DNA of 64,000 nucleotides from NCBI GenBank assembly GCA_000091205.1, contig AP006492.2, one strand, 5' to 3'. Below the pieces are notes generated by a model, which was given only the letters and a program-made list of their open reading frames with translations, was not told where the DNA came from and ran no database searches. This document shows positions 9,993 through 21,400 of this stretch, piece after piece; within the stretch, counting starts at the first letter, position 1; each line of letters begins with the position of its first letter. Both the position numbers and the translations under genes were made by a program. Origin of the DNA: Cyanidioschyzon merolae (Eukaryota).

Positions 9993-11123
9993 TTAGTCGT
10001 AAAAAATAACGCTGTGCCTTGAATCATCCCTGCCGAATACATTGGGGGAATGGGCGCGCCGAAGCGAGCACAGTTCTCCCAGAGCTGAATCGTTCAACAG
10101 CTGGGGTGCCTGGGAGAACTCCGACAACGATGTCGCCGCTGTGGTGCTGGGCGACGCTGCCAACCGAATCGGATTCACAATGCGCATGAGACTCCTCGCA
10201 ATTTGAAAAGTTTGAGCGTTCTCGTGAAAATAATGGAAAGCTGTCTGGCCGAAACAGCACAAAGCGATGCCTATGGCATGGCCTCCCACGCCGCACGCGA
10301 TCGACCTCGTGAAGGCCGTACCCTGCATGTGTTCGACAGTGTGCAGCGCAGCCTGCTCAAGAGAAAAAATGGACAAATCTACTTGGCATCGAAGGCCCTT
10401 TGGTGTCACACGTGAGGCACCACAAGTATCAGCGAAAATGATTCGTGACCCGTGGGCGAAAACCATGCTCCAGACAAAGTGCGATGTGGACGGTGCTGGT
10501 TGACCATTGGCCAGCTCGCCCCGGTGAAATTCATGCCACAGAACACTGGGCAGTTGATCAGCGTCTACCTGCTCCGCTGTGTAGAGCGTACGAATTAACT
10601 CTACGTCGTTCTCATCAAAACGATATTCTGTTGCATGTAAACAGACAGCCGCTGGGCTGGTCGCAAGCTTTCTCCTGATATCCTGCGCAGCGAGAAGCAT
10701 CACGCGCCGCAGCGTGGTGGACTTCCCCGTCATATGGCCGCCATACGTAAAGATGCAAACGTCCGCAACTCCGGCTATTGCGGCCGAAATGGCATCCTGG
10801 ATAGACCATACAGGCTGGGACGTTGGTACCGATGCGTCCTGCTCACGCAAGTTTTGACTCCGGAAAGCTGCATCGAAGTAGAGCTGACTCGGGCTATCGT
10901 TGCTCCCGAACACAAACGCACCATCAAACGCGAGCCGCTGGCAAGATAACCGGTCAAGTATAACGCTCGAGTCGCCGTAGCACGTATACACAGACTCGTC
11001 GCGCGCAGTGAACAGCGTACTCTGCGAGAAACGTTCAGAATCCACGAGCGGTCGTCCACAAAGTGCAACACCTATTGGCAGCGCAGTGTGAAGCCAGCGG
11101 AACCTATCATCACTTTTATTCAT
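9993..11123 (-). CDS. Divergent kinesin-motor-like protein with a non-canonical P-loop
   Basis: The ORF top (11180) is a TTG; the first ATG is at 11123 (minus). The motor-domain order is recognisable: RLAFDGAFVFG...(N1-proximal), ADVCIFTYGGHMTGKSTTL in place of IFAYGQTGSGKTYTM, SHFVWSMVF in place of SSRSHxIF, and RIIFADTCGASR in place of LVDLAGSE. The P-loop and switch II are degenerate and there is no long coiled-coil tail. Confidence 0.45.
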   Translation of the reverse strand: MNKSDDRFRWLHTALPIGVALCGRPLVDSERFSQSTLFTARDESVYTCYGDSSVILDRLSCQRLAFDGAFVFGSNDSPSQLYFDAAFRSQNLREQDASVPTSQPVWSIQDAISAAIAGVADVCIFTYGGHMTGKSTTLRRVMLLAAQDIRRKLATSPAAVCLHATEYRFDENDVELIRTLYTAEQVDADQLPSVLWHEFHRGELANGQPAPSTSHFVWSMVFAHGSRIIFADTCGASRVTPKGLRCQVDLSIFSLEQAALHTVEHMQGTAFTRSIACGVGGHAIGIALCCFGQTAFHYFHENAQTFQIARSLMRIVNPIRLAASPSTTAATSLSEFSQAPQLLNDSALGELCSLRRAHSPNVFGRDDSRHSVIFYD

Positions 11124-11639
11124 CAAAATTTTTGGTTTTTTTTCAGGAGCGAAAATAACCCTAGACTTCCGGCTATTCAAAACGGCGACTAGAACACACG
11201 CTGCGGTTCGATGTTGAACGCGGGCTTTCCAGCTGTCGAGCCGCGACAGCCACCAGAGCGTTCCGAGTGCTCCTAGTACCGCCCAGGGAAGAGAATGATG
11301 AAAGCAGGATCACGCCCTAGAGGTCAAGAAAAGAGAGGCACAGGTGAGCTTTCCGAAAAACGTCGAGTGGAGGCGGTATCTAATGGAAACAGCGTGCAGA
11401 CGCTATTGATGCGTCGGAACGACGCAACGTAAGGATGCTTCGCGATCCGCGAACGCCACGATGAACAGATAGGATCGATGAAAACCTTTACAGTGTACTG
11501 TTCTAACTCAGAAACAGAGGAAATGGCTACGCCTGTCCCATTCTACGTACTTGGATGTATATTGAACAACGCCTCTGCTCGGCTGAGCGGTGGTCAATGG
11601 GTCGTTCATCTGGTTACCGATGTGCCCCGGGGAAAGCGT

Positions 11640-13292
11640 TCATGCGCTTTCGCTGCCGTTAGGTCGAGCGAGGCTCTCTGGAAGCCGGAACTCGACACAG
11701 TACATATACTTCTCCGGCGCGACGTGTCGTACGCAGCGAACTCGCAGTTGATCGCGGTCTGGGTCCAACTGGAACGAGTCCACCCGAGGTCGCTTCGAAT
11801 GCCGATCGATTGGAGCAGCGTCGGTGCCTGCATGCCTTGTGGGATTGACCTCCTCTGCGGCTTTCCCGCTATTGCGCTGCAACGCTGCGTCGAAAACCTC
11901 ATTCATCTGGTCGACGATCCATTCGTACGCGTTCTCGCCGTGCGCGAAGCAATAGCAGTAGATATACGGAAGCGGATTTGCTGGTGCAATACTACCTACC
12001 AGCGCATCTAGAAAATGGATTGCTTCAGCCGGCAGATTCATGATAATATGCTGAATCGGCAAACGATCTGAATGAAGGAGCTTCTTCAAAAAGGCGCGGG
12101 CGTCCATGCAGCACGTCGTACAGCGCCCTGGAGGAATCCGGTTTTCGCGAATATTTCGGTCCAGATATTCTACAGCGTCGGGATTGATATCGTTGGCGTA
12201 GACAATGAATCCATGCTTTGCCAGGGGGACGGCGAAAGGTCCTATTCCCGCGAAAGCATCCGCCACAAGCACCGGCTTTTGGCCGGAGGAAAGCCTCATG
12301 GAAGCAGCCGTATGTGGCACGGCATTCGGTCCAGCGGCCACGGGTGGCGTCACCAGCGGTAGCTTTGACGAATCTCGCAGAGGCTCGCTTCCATCCGCGA
12401 ATATCATTTGTTTCCTTTCGTCGATACGTGAGACATCGCGAGGATCAGCATCAAGTCCAGTCTGCGTTGATCCGTGGAGCGTTCGAATTGCATCGATGAC
12501 TCGCCGATGCTCAGTCTCTAGACGCGAATTCCAGTACACTCTGCTCATATCGACGTGAAACACACATCCATTCTCGCGCACGCATGTCTCTAGCGAGCAA
12601 CCAGGTACTGCTGCGAGGACTTCCATTTCGAACGTGCGGAATACGCCACCGACATTCGCTGCCTTGTTCACGACAACCCGGATGCCAGGTATCTTCTCTC
12701 GGAGTACTTGGCCAATGAGATACTTATATGGATGGTGTACGTCCCGTAGGTTCAGGTGGAGCACATGACCAGTTGCCTCAAAGGCTTTTGGAACCGGTAT
12801 ACTGGCCGGTAGAAGCTGTCGAAGGACATCATCATGTCCGAAATCGTCATAATCGAGCTTCAGTGGGTAAGTTGTAAACATGGATTCCTTCCATTCTCGG
12901 GTCACTGCACCGTTTGCCTCTGAAGACCGGGTCCCGGAACGCTCTTCGTTGAGCATGTGCACGAGCGCGGCCACATCTCGCGACTGAAAGTCAGTCGAAA
13001 AATTGGACTCTTGTGGTAAAAACTGTTCTCGAGGTTGCTGTCCCGCCAGGTATCGGAGCAGAATGATGCGCACCTGGTCGCTAGCTGTGTGGTTTGGTGA
13101 CGGCGCCACAACGCTCCGCTTCCGGGCGAGTCGCAACACATGCCGCGGGGATAACATACGACGGGCCGTTGCAACCTCCGCCAGTGGAACCCGTACTGCA
13201 TAGACGACCCATTCCTGCTGAAAACGAGTCTTGAGTTCTGCCGGGACCCCAGCACATATCTCGTTGTGGGTTGCCTCGCTGTGCGTAGCCAT
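11640..13292 (-). CDS. TRM5: tRNA (guanine37-N1)-methyltransferase TRM5 (class I SAM MTase, Trm5/TYW2 family)
   Basis: The ORF top at 13592 is a TTG; the first ATG is at 13292 (minus). Trm5 motifs are present: HVLHLNLRDVHHPYKYLIGQVLREK, VVNK...FRTFEMEVLAG, the SAM-binding VLVADAFAGIGPFAVPLAKHGFIVYANDINPDAVEYLDRNIRENR, and the NLP(A) catalytic motif HIIMNLPAEAIHFLD. Confidence 0.8.
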   Translation of the reverse strand: MATHSEATHNEICAGVPAELKTRFQQEWVVYAVRVPLAEVATARRMLSPRHVLRLARKRSVVAPSPNHTASDQVRIILLRYLAGQQPREQFLPQESNFSTDFQSRDVAALVHMLNEERSGTRSSEANGAVTREWKESMFTTYPLKLDYDDFGHDDVLRQLLPASIPVPKAFEATGHVLHLNLRDVHHPYKYLIGQVLREKIPGIRVVVNKAANVGGVFRTFEMEVLAAVPGCSLETCVRENGCVFHVDMSRVYWNSRLETEHRRVIDAIRTLHGSTQTGLDADPRDVSRIDERKQMIFADGSEPLRDSSKLPLVTPPVAAGPNAVPHTAASMRLSSGQKPVLVADAFAGIGPFAVPLAKHGFIVYANDINPDAVEYLDRNIRENRIPPGRCTTCCMDARAFLKKLLHSDRLPIQHIIMNLPAEAIHFLDALVGSIAPANPLPYIYCYCFAHGENAYEWIVDQMNEVFDAALQRNSGKAAEEVNPTRHAGTDAAPIDRHSKRPRVDSFQLDPDRDQLRVRCVRHVAPEKYMYCVEFRLPESLARPNGSESA

Positions 13293-14225
13293 AAGCGTGG
13301 CCGATGTGCCTCGCCGGATACGCCCGAAATCGATGCCAGCCGAGTCCGAGCTCCTCCTCAAGACGGACACCTTCGACACAGCAAAGCGACCAACAAACGC
13401 AGAGCACTGGATTTCAAAGCGTCCTAACGATTCTCCAGGTTGCTCGCTGAACTTGCAGCGCTGCAGTCGGAAATTAGGCAGCGATTCACCTGCCGCGCTC
13501 AATCGGTTGCTTCTCGCTTCGCGCCAGCTGAAAAACGCCCGTCGACCACAGGCACGAACATGACCTCCAGCGAGTCCCCAGCAAAAGCTCAATAGCTGCC
13601 TTAGGGCCTTCAGTTTGCCTTGCGTGCACGCCCTGGTCCCTTGTACTCACCTTGCAAGATCGTTGCGCGTCGCTCAGTGCGGAGCTTTTCCAGAAGCCCA
13701 GCAACTGCGTTTGCTGTCCCAAGACGTATCTAGAGTTATGGTGCTCGAGCAGTTGCTGCACCAAGACAAACAGCCTGAGAGAAAGAAGAAAAAGCGAGCT
13801 CACCCACGATGCTCCAAGTTAACGCCACCGCGAGTCTATAAACGAAAGCAAGAGAAACTGCACCCACGCACAAGCACACACACGTCTCAAGCAACCGTTA
13901 CCCCGGAGGCACAAAGGAACAGCAACAGGATCTGGATACGTATGTACAAGCTCCCAGCAATTGTTACCCCAGTGAAATAGGAAGAGAAACAAGTTCTCCC
14001 CGCTGCTCCTCGACGATCAAGCTACTGATATGAGAAGACGCAAGGCGTCACCGATCGACAGATGGGCACGCATGCCACACCCGCATGCATTCGGCGGTGT
14101 CGTCGCAGCGGCGGCGAAACGGCCGTCGACGGGCGCTTCTGACTTTCGCGGACACTGGAACACTACTGCACTGAAACGTTGAGCGAAAGGTTCGTTTGCA
14201 AGCCATCGACTCTTTTCGGTAGTCA

Positions 14226-15395
14226 ATGTTTATCCAATTGGAAGCATTCTGTGTTCAACCTTTAACTGGACGCGAATTTTGTGCTGGGAGGCCTCTCGTG
14301 TGCACGCAACCTAGCAGGTGGCAATTGCAGGCGTTTTCGCGGCGGCAGCTTTCGGTGCGAACCGGGAGCACGCTCCGAATGAGCAGTGCGGGGGGTACGG
14401 TGGCGGCTGACATTGACTATCGTAGCGTTCCAGATGTTCTCAAAGAAATACTACGGCGAAAACAGCAGGAAGTTGCCAGTCTGAAGGCTGAGGTCGCCCA
14501 GGCAGGTGCTGAGCACCCGCTGCAGCGTCGCCTCGATGCAGCCGCGGCTGGTCAGATTCCAAAGTCACGTCAGTTTAGCAGCGCAATTCGTAAACCGAAA
14601 GGAAGCATCTCTGTTATTGCGGAGATTAAGCGACGGTCACCGAGCTCTGGTTTAATTGCCGAAATCCCGGACGTGCGACAGCTCAGTGACCTGTACTACA
14701 ACGGAGGCGCAGCCGCAATCTCGGTACTAACAGATGCTGCCTTCGATGGAACACTGGATGATCTGCAAACCGTGGTGAAGCATCAACAAAAATTTCGAGG
14801 AAGATATCCCGGTCCTTGTCCGGTCCTCCGCAAGGACTTTATCATTGATGAAATCCAAATCGCTGAAGCTGCAGAGCGAGGTGCAGCAGCAGTGCTTTTG
14901 ATTGTTGCTGCAATTGGGGAAGCAGGGCTGCGCAAACTGCTTGAGGCAACACATCGGCACGGTCTTGAAGCACTCGTAGAGATTCATGACGAAGAAGAGC
15001 TGGAGATCGCAAAGGCTGCCGGTGCAGAGATCATCGGCACTAACGCACGCGACCTGCGCACTTTCAACGTCGACCTCAACCGTTGTTTCGAGCTCATCGG
15101 CCGGTATCCCCCGAATGTGATTCCAGTGGCGGAAAGCGGTATCCACGATGTGATGGATGCTTGGCGTTTGCGGGACGCTGGCTACTCGTCGATTCTAGTT
15201 GGTGAGGCACTCATTCGCGCCGCAGAATCCTCGAAACTACCGAGTAATGCTTACCAATCGAGCTTTAACGAAGCGTATGGATTGTTGAGAGCCTTTACGT
15301 CAAAAGGAAGCACCAAGTTTGGGCCAATTAGCACCACGAGAATTTTCGGGAAAGGTGAAGGAGCAAAAGAGTCGCTTGGGTATTTGGAGATGTAA
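14226..15395 (+). CDS. IGPS: Indole-3-glycerol-phosphate synthase (TrpC/IGPS), with a ~65-aa N-terminal presequence
   Basis: ATG at 14226 confirmed. It is a TIM-barrel IGPS: DVLKEILRRKQQEV, SVIAEIKRRSPSSG, AAAISVLTDAAFDG, LRKDFIIDEIQIAEAAERGAAAVLLIVA, GTNARDLRTFNVDL, VAESGI. The N-terminal 65 aa are R/S-rich with no IGPS homology. Confidence 0.85.
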   Translation: MFIQLEAFCVQPLTGREFCAGRPLVCTQPSRWQLQAFSRRQLSVRTGSTLRMSSAGGTVAADIDYRSVPDVLKEILRRKQQEVASLKAEVAQAGAEHPLQRRLDAAAAGQIPKSRQFSSAIRKPKGSISVIAEIKRRSPSSGLIAEIPDVRQLSDLYYNGGAAAISVLTDAAFDGTLDDLQTVVKHQQKFRGRYPGPCPVLRKDFIIDEIQIAEAAERGAAAVLLIVAAIGEAGLRKLLEATHRHGLEALVEIHDEEELEIAKAAGAEIIGTNARDLRTFNVDLNRCFELIGRYPPNVIPVAESGIHDVMDAWRLRDAGYSSILVGEALIRAAESSKLPSNAYQSSFNEAYGLLRAFTSKGSTKFGPISTTRIFGKGEGAKESLGYLEM

Positions 15396-16456
15396 AAAGC
15401 CTCACCTCGACCACCATGAGGTACTCGGACACGTTACACGCTTTCAAAGTTCTCACAACAATCCCGTCAGTTGCGAGATGCGGCTCCCAGATTCGGCGTA
15501 TATACTGAGGGAAGGATGCTCCGCAGGGCTCAGGTTGTGGGGTAGCGTCTCCGCCCGAGTGACGGGCCGCTCCTCATCGATGACATGACCTGGTGCATCA
15601 GCCTGCGCGGGTTACCAGTCTCGGCTCGATGAGATGGATAGTGTTTGATAGGATTCGTCGTCGAGAGACCTCGGAGAATCCGCTCGTTAGGCAGCCCAAC
15701 GGACTCGGCGCATTGCAGGTCATTGCGCTATCACCTGCTGATACGCCCGCGCACGAAGCTAGCGCTTTCTGCTGCTTGTCCGCCAGTGTCAGCTGTGAGC
15801 GTTAGCACCGGGCGTTGTGCCGGTTTTCGCGTGTTCGTCCGCGATTCCCGGCGAAACGCGGAGCCTGTTATCCGGCACGCCAGTACTCAAGCAAATCAAA
15901 AGTCCCACTTTCTGCAGTTGCTCTGGTCGTCGATAAAAGCGCTGTGCCAGAATTCGCGGAAGACGAAACGCGTACTGAACACGATCCCGTATCCATGCCT
16001 GCTTTACTGCATCATTTCTGAATAACTTCCGATTAACTTCCATCAGACGTCGGTAGAGACGGGGAAACCCGTACGTTTTCGCCACCGCGAACACCGCAAC
16101 CTTCTTCAAAACGGAGAGCATCAAGAGTTTCAAGAGCACGCCTGGCATCGAACGGTTACTCAGAAACGAGTGCGTACTCTGTTTCACCTAAAGACTTCAC
16201 CGCAAACCATGTTGAGCGCTAGAGAGTAGCAACAGTTTGGCGTATGCTAACGCTGGTACTCGGCGACGCGCTCGAGTCTAGGATACGGACGGTCCGGGGG
16301 TTCTATTGCCGCACGAGCGCACCGCTAGACGCCGGTAGGGAACGGCTTCGTTGAACCCAGCAACGATGCAAGTCAGGAAAAGGGGATCTCTGTAGGGTGC
16401 GGTAAGCAACGATTTTCGAACTCACTCGACAAGGACTAAGCAAAGGTTTCGCAAGG

Positions 16457-17773
16457 ATGCGATCCTGGCTACCTGAGCGGAGCCTCGGACCGCAGCCCTC
16501 GTGGCGGCTGTGGTACGCAGAAGCGAGCTTGGAAGCGCTAGAAAGGCTCTTTCGCGAGCAACAGCTCCCTGTCTATGTTGGAATTCTGGTCTTGTCTCCA
16601 GTGTCTGAAGAAAACGCTTCATATGATCATTGGACGGAACCGATACGGGCTTGTTTTACGGAGCTCGAAAGCATCCAGTTTGTTACACAAAAGTGTCAGC
16701 TCTCGCCTTTTGAGCTCGTGCAGTGCTTGCTCGGAGCTCGACAAGCCGGTTCAGCCCCGGCAGTTGCGCTGTCCCAAGAGGTGCACACACAATCTCGGAC
16801 AGGGTCCAGCGCTTCTGCCGCGGCTCACGTTGCCCCTGGTGGTCCAGCGTGTACTGCGCTCACCCGGGACCCGCAGCAACTCATGGCTGTCGATGCAAAG
16901 AGACGTTTCATACTGCCGTTAGAGGAAGCGCTATATCGTCGACTGGGCCTGATCGGACGGGGCCACCAGCCTCGTCTGGCTCGTCGACGATACCGCAGAC
17001 CGGTCTACGGCGATGGAGCATTTGTTATTATTGATCTTGCGCTATTGCAAGAAAAGCCAGAAAGCAAGTATCGACAGCAGGTCACGAGAGGCCTTCAGAG
17101 GTTCACGGATCGGCTCGAGTGGCAACTCACATCCATCAGCGGCACTGATGCGCCGCTCTCGCCCGAGCTTGGTGTCGTTGAAGACACAGCGTGCCGTGTT
17201 TACACGGGAACCGCCACGTCGACTTTCCCGTGGTTGTATCGAAACGTACTTCCTCAAGCTTACACGACCGCAGAAGAATTTCATGATCCATTAGAGCGTG
17301 CGGAGAACTTTTCGATGCTCATGGATGCGCTGGGGTTTTTGATGCGAGCACCCCGCGGCAAATGCATCGAAGACGCCTCACAGGAGACTCGATCCTACTT
17401 GCAACCTATGTGGAGCGCTCGGGCTGATGCAGACACCCAGGCTGAGCAGCTTTCGTTTTACCGCTTTGAGTGGGGTGCTACTCAAGCATCTCTCCTGCCA
17501 CACGCATGGTGGAAGAGAATTCTGCCCCTTGTATGGAAGCTGCACAGCACACCGACCGATTCGTCTCTGCAGATCGTGCTGCAGGTCAGGTACCAGGGAC
17601 TAGCTGATGAAGCTACCTCCCGGAAGCATCGATACAACACATTACAACACTCGCCGTACACTAGGAATCTTGTCGGATTTTTCGGTTCTACGTCGGAGCT
17701 GCCGTTCTCGAGCACGCGGGTAAACGGCGCTCACGATCAGATTCCTTTCGTGTCGTTCGAGCAACCGCTTTGA
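16457..17773 (+). CDS. Hypothetical protein (438 aa), no recognisable family
   Basis: ATG at 16457 confirmed. It is a long ATG-initiated ORF in a coding-like context, lying between IGPS and the midasin 3' end, with no motif I can assign. Confidence 0.4.
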   Translation: MRSWLPERSLGPQPSWRLWYAEASLEALERLFREQQLPVYVGILVLSPVSEENASYDHWTEPIRACFTELESIQFVTQKCQLSPFELVQCLLGARQAGSAPAVALSQEVHTQSRTGSSASAAAHVAPGGPACTALTRDPQQLMAVDAKRRFILPLEEALYRRLGLIGRGHQPRLARRRYRRPVYGDGAFVIIDLALLQEKPESKYRQQVTRGLQRFTDRLEWQLTSISGTDAPLSPELGVVEDTACRVYTGTATSTFPWLYRNVLPQAYTTAEEFHDPLERAENFSMLMDALGFLMRAPRGKCIEDASQETRSYLQPMWSARADADTQAEQLSFYRFEWGATQASLLPHAWWKRILPLVWKLHSTPTDSSLQIVLQVRYQGLADEATSRKHRYNTLQHSPYTRNLVGFFGSTSELPFSSTRVNGAHDQIPFVSFEQPL

Positions 17774-18476
17774 AGTTTGATTCCAGATTTTGGACACACG
17801 ATGAAACCCCGCTCCTTTTCATCACGACATTACAGTCTGAGGTACAGAGAGCACTCGACAGGGCGTTTACTGTTCACACCATAACATCCACTTGGTTGCT
17901 GCGGGGAATTCCAGCGCTCCGCATGCATCCATCAAGGAATCGCTGGCAACTGGACATTACCCAGGCACCACTGCATACATTTCAAAATTTGCGCACCTTT
18001 TCATGCCGCAGCGCTCAGGATGCTCGGTGCGTCGGTCATCCACACCGCTGTGAACACTCGAATCCGGTATCTTGGTCGAGAAACGAGTCCGCGTTGCCAG
18101 GTATCGCCACGGCGTCTTGGGGCACTTGCGCCGCAGACCGGTGTACACCAGCTGCGCCCTGTGCTCGCGTTATAGCTATGCTTGCGACGGTCTGTTCCAG
18201 TGAATCGCTGTACTGCACTGCCGATGGACTCGTACCGATCACCTTGAACACGAGCAACATCCACAGCAAACTGCAAAAACATCGATCATACAGTGTCGGC
18301 ATAAGCGTGAAACGCGCTGGGATTCCGATGCCTCGCGAAGCTCGGCGCTCACCGTGGGCACTCGGCATCGCGGGCGCTTGTCGCGAGCGCACCCAGGCAC
18401 AGACCCCCGACACAACGTCGCAATCAGGCACGATACCGTGAAAAGCACCTGGCAAACGCGGCGCTCTCGTGTGCTG

Positions 18477-21400
18477 CTAGCATCCGGAATCCATGCCGGC
18501 TGCGAGCCATTGCCGTAACGTGTCCCCGAATACCGCCGGCAAAGCGGCAATCTCCTCTACAATGACATAGAAAGGAAAGGGAAAATCTTCCAGGTAGCGT
18601 CGCACCTGCATGCGTCCACCCGGGGCAAAACCGACCTGCTTCATATCGAGAACAGAGGTACGCCGGACCGCGCTCGACGCCTGCTGCTCTTGTTCTCGAG
18701 TGCCAGCAACCTGATCCAATATGAAAAACACGATCCGCAGACGTTGTGCATTCGCTTCTCGAATGAGCGCGCGGAGGGCGTCTCGCTCTCCTAGTCGCCC
18801 GTCGGAAAGAATCAGCAACAGCTGCCAAGAATCGATCACACCGGCTTGCTGCTCCCGTGCCTCTCGGAACAACGCCGACGCACATTCTAACAGAGCGACC
18901 ACATTGGTCGCCTGCTGCTGGAACGTAAACTGACCAAGCAGCTGATCACCAACAGAGCCAGCGGCGGGTATTCCGGCGTGTAAGGAATGCACGACTTGTG
19001 CATCGCAACCGAAACGGATAACACCCAGATGTGCCAGTTCGAGTCGCTGCAGCGCCGCTGCAACCACCACCAGAGACTCTAGTGCCAAGCGAGACGCACC
19101 TGATTCGTGCATACTCGCAGAGTCGTCGACCGCAACAACGATATCGTATCGACGACGGTCTGGACGAATACGACGCATCCAGATACGATCGCGGGTGTAG
19201 TTGCTGGCCACATAATCAATGAGACGACGCATATGGAGCCGCTTCCCGGTGCGAAAGTCGCCTGCAAAACGCGTCATTTGGTTGTACTCGAGGACGGGTT
19301 CCAGTCGACGGCTGAGGTGTGCAATCGTCGCCTCATGAGAACGTTCAAGTGCGAACCAGGTGATCAAATCAGCATCAGCAGCCGCTTGTTCCAGCGAGTA
19401 TCGCGTATGGTCCGCGTCCATGTGCTGTGGTGCGATATCCTGGTTGTCATCCTTGTCGTTTTCGTCGTCGCGATGATGCAGGGACTCTTGGCGTTGCGTT
19501 GCGCGCTGGCGTTCAGGTTCTGGTGTCTTCGCGGTAGACGTCTGGCGTCCTGGTGACGCTTCCGCTGGTGACAGTGTCGACGACGCGCTCCACTGTGCAT
19601 TGCGATGGCTTGCAGCTGGTACCACCAGGTCGTCGACATTCGAACCGGTCATCTGCTGCACCTGCGGCTGATGCGGCACGCCCGTTGGATCCTGGTTGTC
19701 GCTCCAGAGATCGTCCGTCAACGCAGGCATACGATGTTGTTCATCTGCCGCAGCTGGTTTGTTCTGTTCCAACGAAGTTGATGTTTCCCCAGTGTACGGG
19801 TATGGCAAGTCAAGGGGTGTTGCGGTTGGCGCGGCTCCACTAGACCATTCTGCTGCTACGCTTGACGCAACATGAGCCTGCCGGTCCGGAGCGAGTGACA
19901 CCGCCGCCTCTGCTGCATACGCGGGTGCGCCTTGCGCCGAGGCGCTCCGCTGCTCTTCGGTGCTTTCCCAGGATGCTGGCTGGGGCGGCGTTGTCCAGTG
20001 CATAGCGTCCTGGCTCCAGATCGTCTCCGGCACATTCCTGGCTGCGAGCGGCATCGTTGTCGCAGCATCGACCTCGGTATGAGCCGCTCCGGGCCTCTCC
20101 CTGGGATTTTCCGATACCGCTTGCATGACCGGTGCCTCTGCGGATGCTGGAAGCGTACCTGACGACGCGGCTGCGGCTCCAGTTGCTGCTGCGGATTGCG
20201 ACGGTGCACTTGCAGCGTTTCCAGACTCGCCTCCGGTAGCCAGTTCGGGGAGCGCAGCATTGGCTAGTATCGAGGATTCAGAGACGGGCGAGCGGCCTGT
20301 GTGCTCTCTCGTCTCCGAGGTATCCCGAGCGTCAGACTGAGACCTCTCGGCATCTGCGGGAGACGCGTTCATCGTATCTCCATTGTCGGACAGAGCGTCC
20401 TCGTCTGAATGCAACGCGCTCCTCGCTTCGGCCTCCTCCGAGGCGTCAACAGAGACAGAGTCGACAGCAGGTTCGTCGCATTCCCAGTCTTCAGCGAATG
20501 GCAAGCCTTCAGATGCCTCTGACACCCTATCCGGAGACGAGTTGCCGTCCGGATGCACCAGGTCCTCGAGGATGTCGGGAGCGTCCTGCTCGGGCTCGTT
20601 CAGCGACGCTTCCGGGCTCATGGAGGGTTGCGCAGGCCCCGTGACTGCACACGGTAACCGCGGGGCAGCTTCTGCATCCACGGTGCTCTCGTTGCCAGAT
20701 GCAACCACCTCCGCTGGTGCATCTGTCATCGAGTCGGGTGCCGCTTCCTCCATACTCGTCGCAGCTAGAGCTGTTGCTGAGGTCGCTGTCCTGTCAGCAG
20801 GCAACGCGCGCTCCTCCGGGCAGGGCGTTGGTGCAGTCTCCGTCGCGGGCGGCGCTTCCGTGCCCCCTGGGTTGTTCATGTCACCGTCGACGTCGATGTC
20901 GTCTTCTGGGGCTTGCCCCAGAGTCTCGTTCTCTGTAAACGGTGCCGAGAACGCCGCTGTGGTGAGCAGCTCCTCATTCGATTCGAGGTCATCAGAGGAG
21001 CGCGGCACGCCCTGCTCCGCTGCACTATTCGTCGCTCTGTCGGAGGCGAAGAGCTCCTCACCAAGCTCGGATGCTGCCAGGTCGGCGGAACAGTCACGAG
21101 CATCCGCATTCAATGCTCCGGTGTCAGCAAAGCCCGCTCCCTGGCGCATCACATCCTTACCAACTGCATCGCGCTGTGCATCCACTGCTGCATTGTGAAG
21201 CAGCATCAGCGAACGATCCGCAAGACACAACAAAACCTGAACGATACGCACAAGCGACCAGTGCAGACGCCGCAACATGGCCAGTTTGCGCTCAAGTGCG
21301 CCATGCTGGTGCTCAGAGACATTCGCAGTGCCGTGCACTTGTCCCAGGCACAATACAAACGCTTCGCTTGACGACGGACGCCAGTGCAGGAGCTCCATCA

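Noticed and set aside
16441-16470. Short U6-snRNA-like string (cgcaaggatg)
   Set aside because: Only a 10-nt coincidence at the start codon of ORF 16457. The flanking sequence does not match U6 (no ACAGAGA box or the rest of U6).
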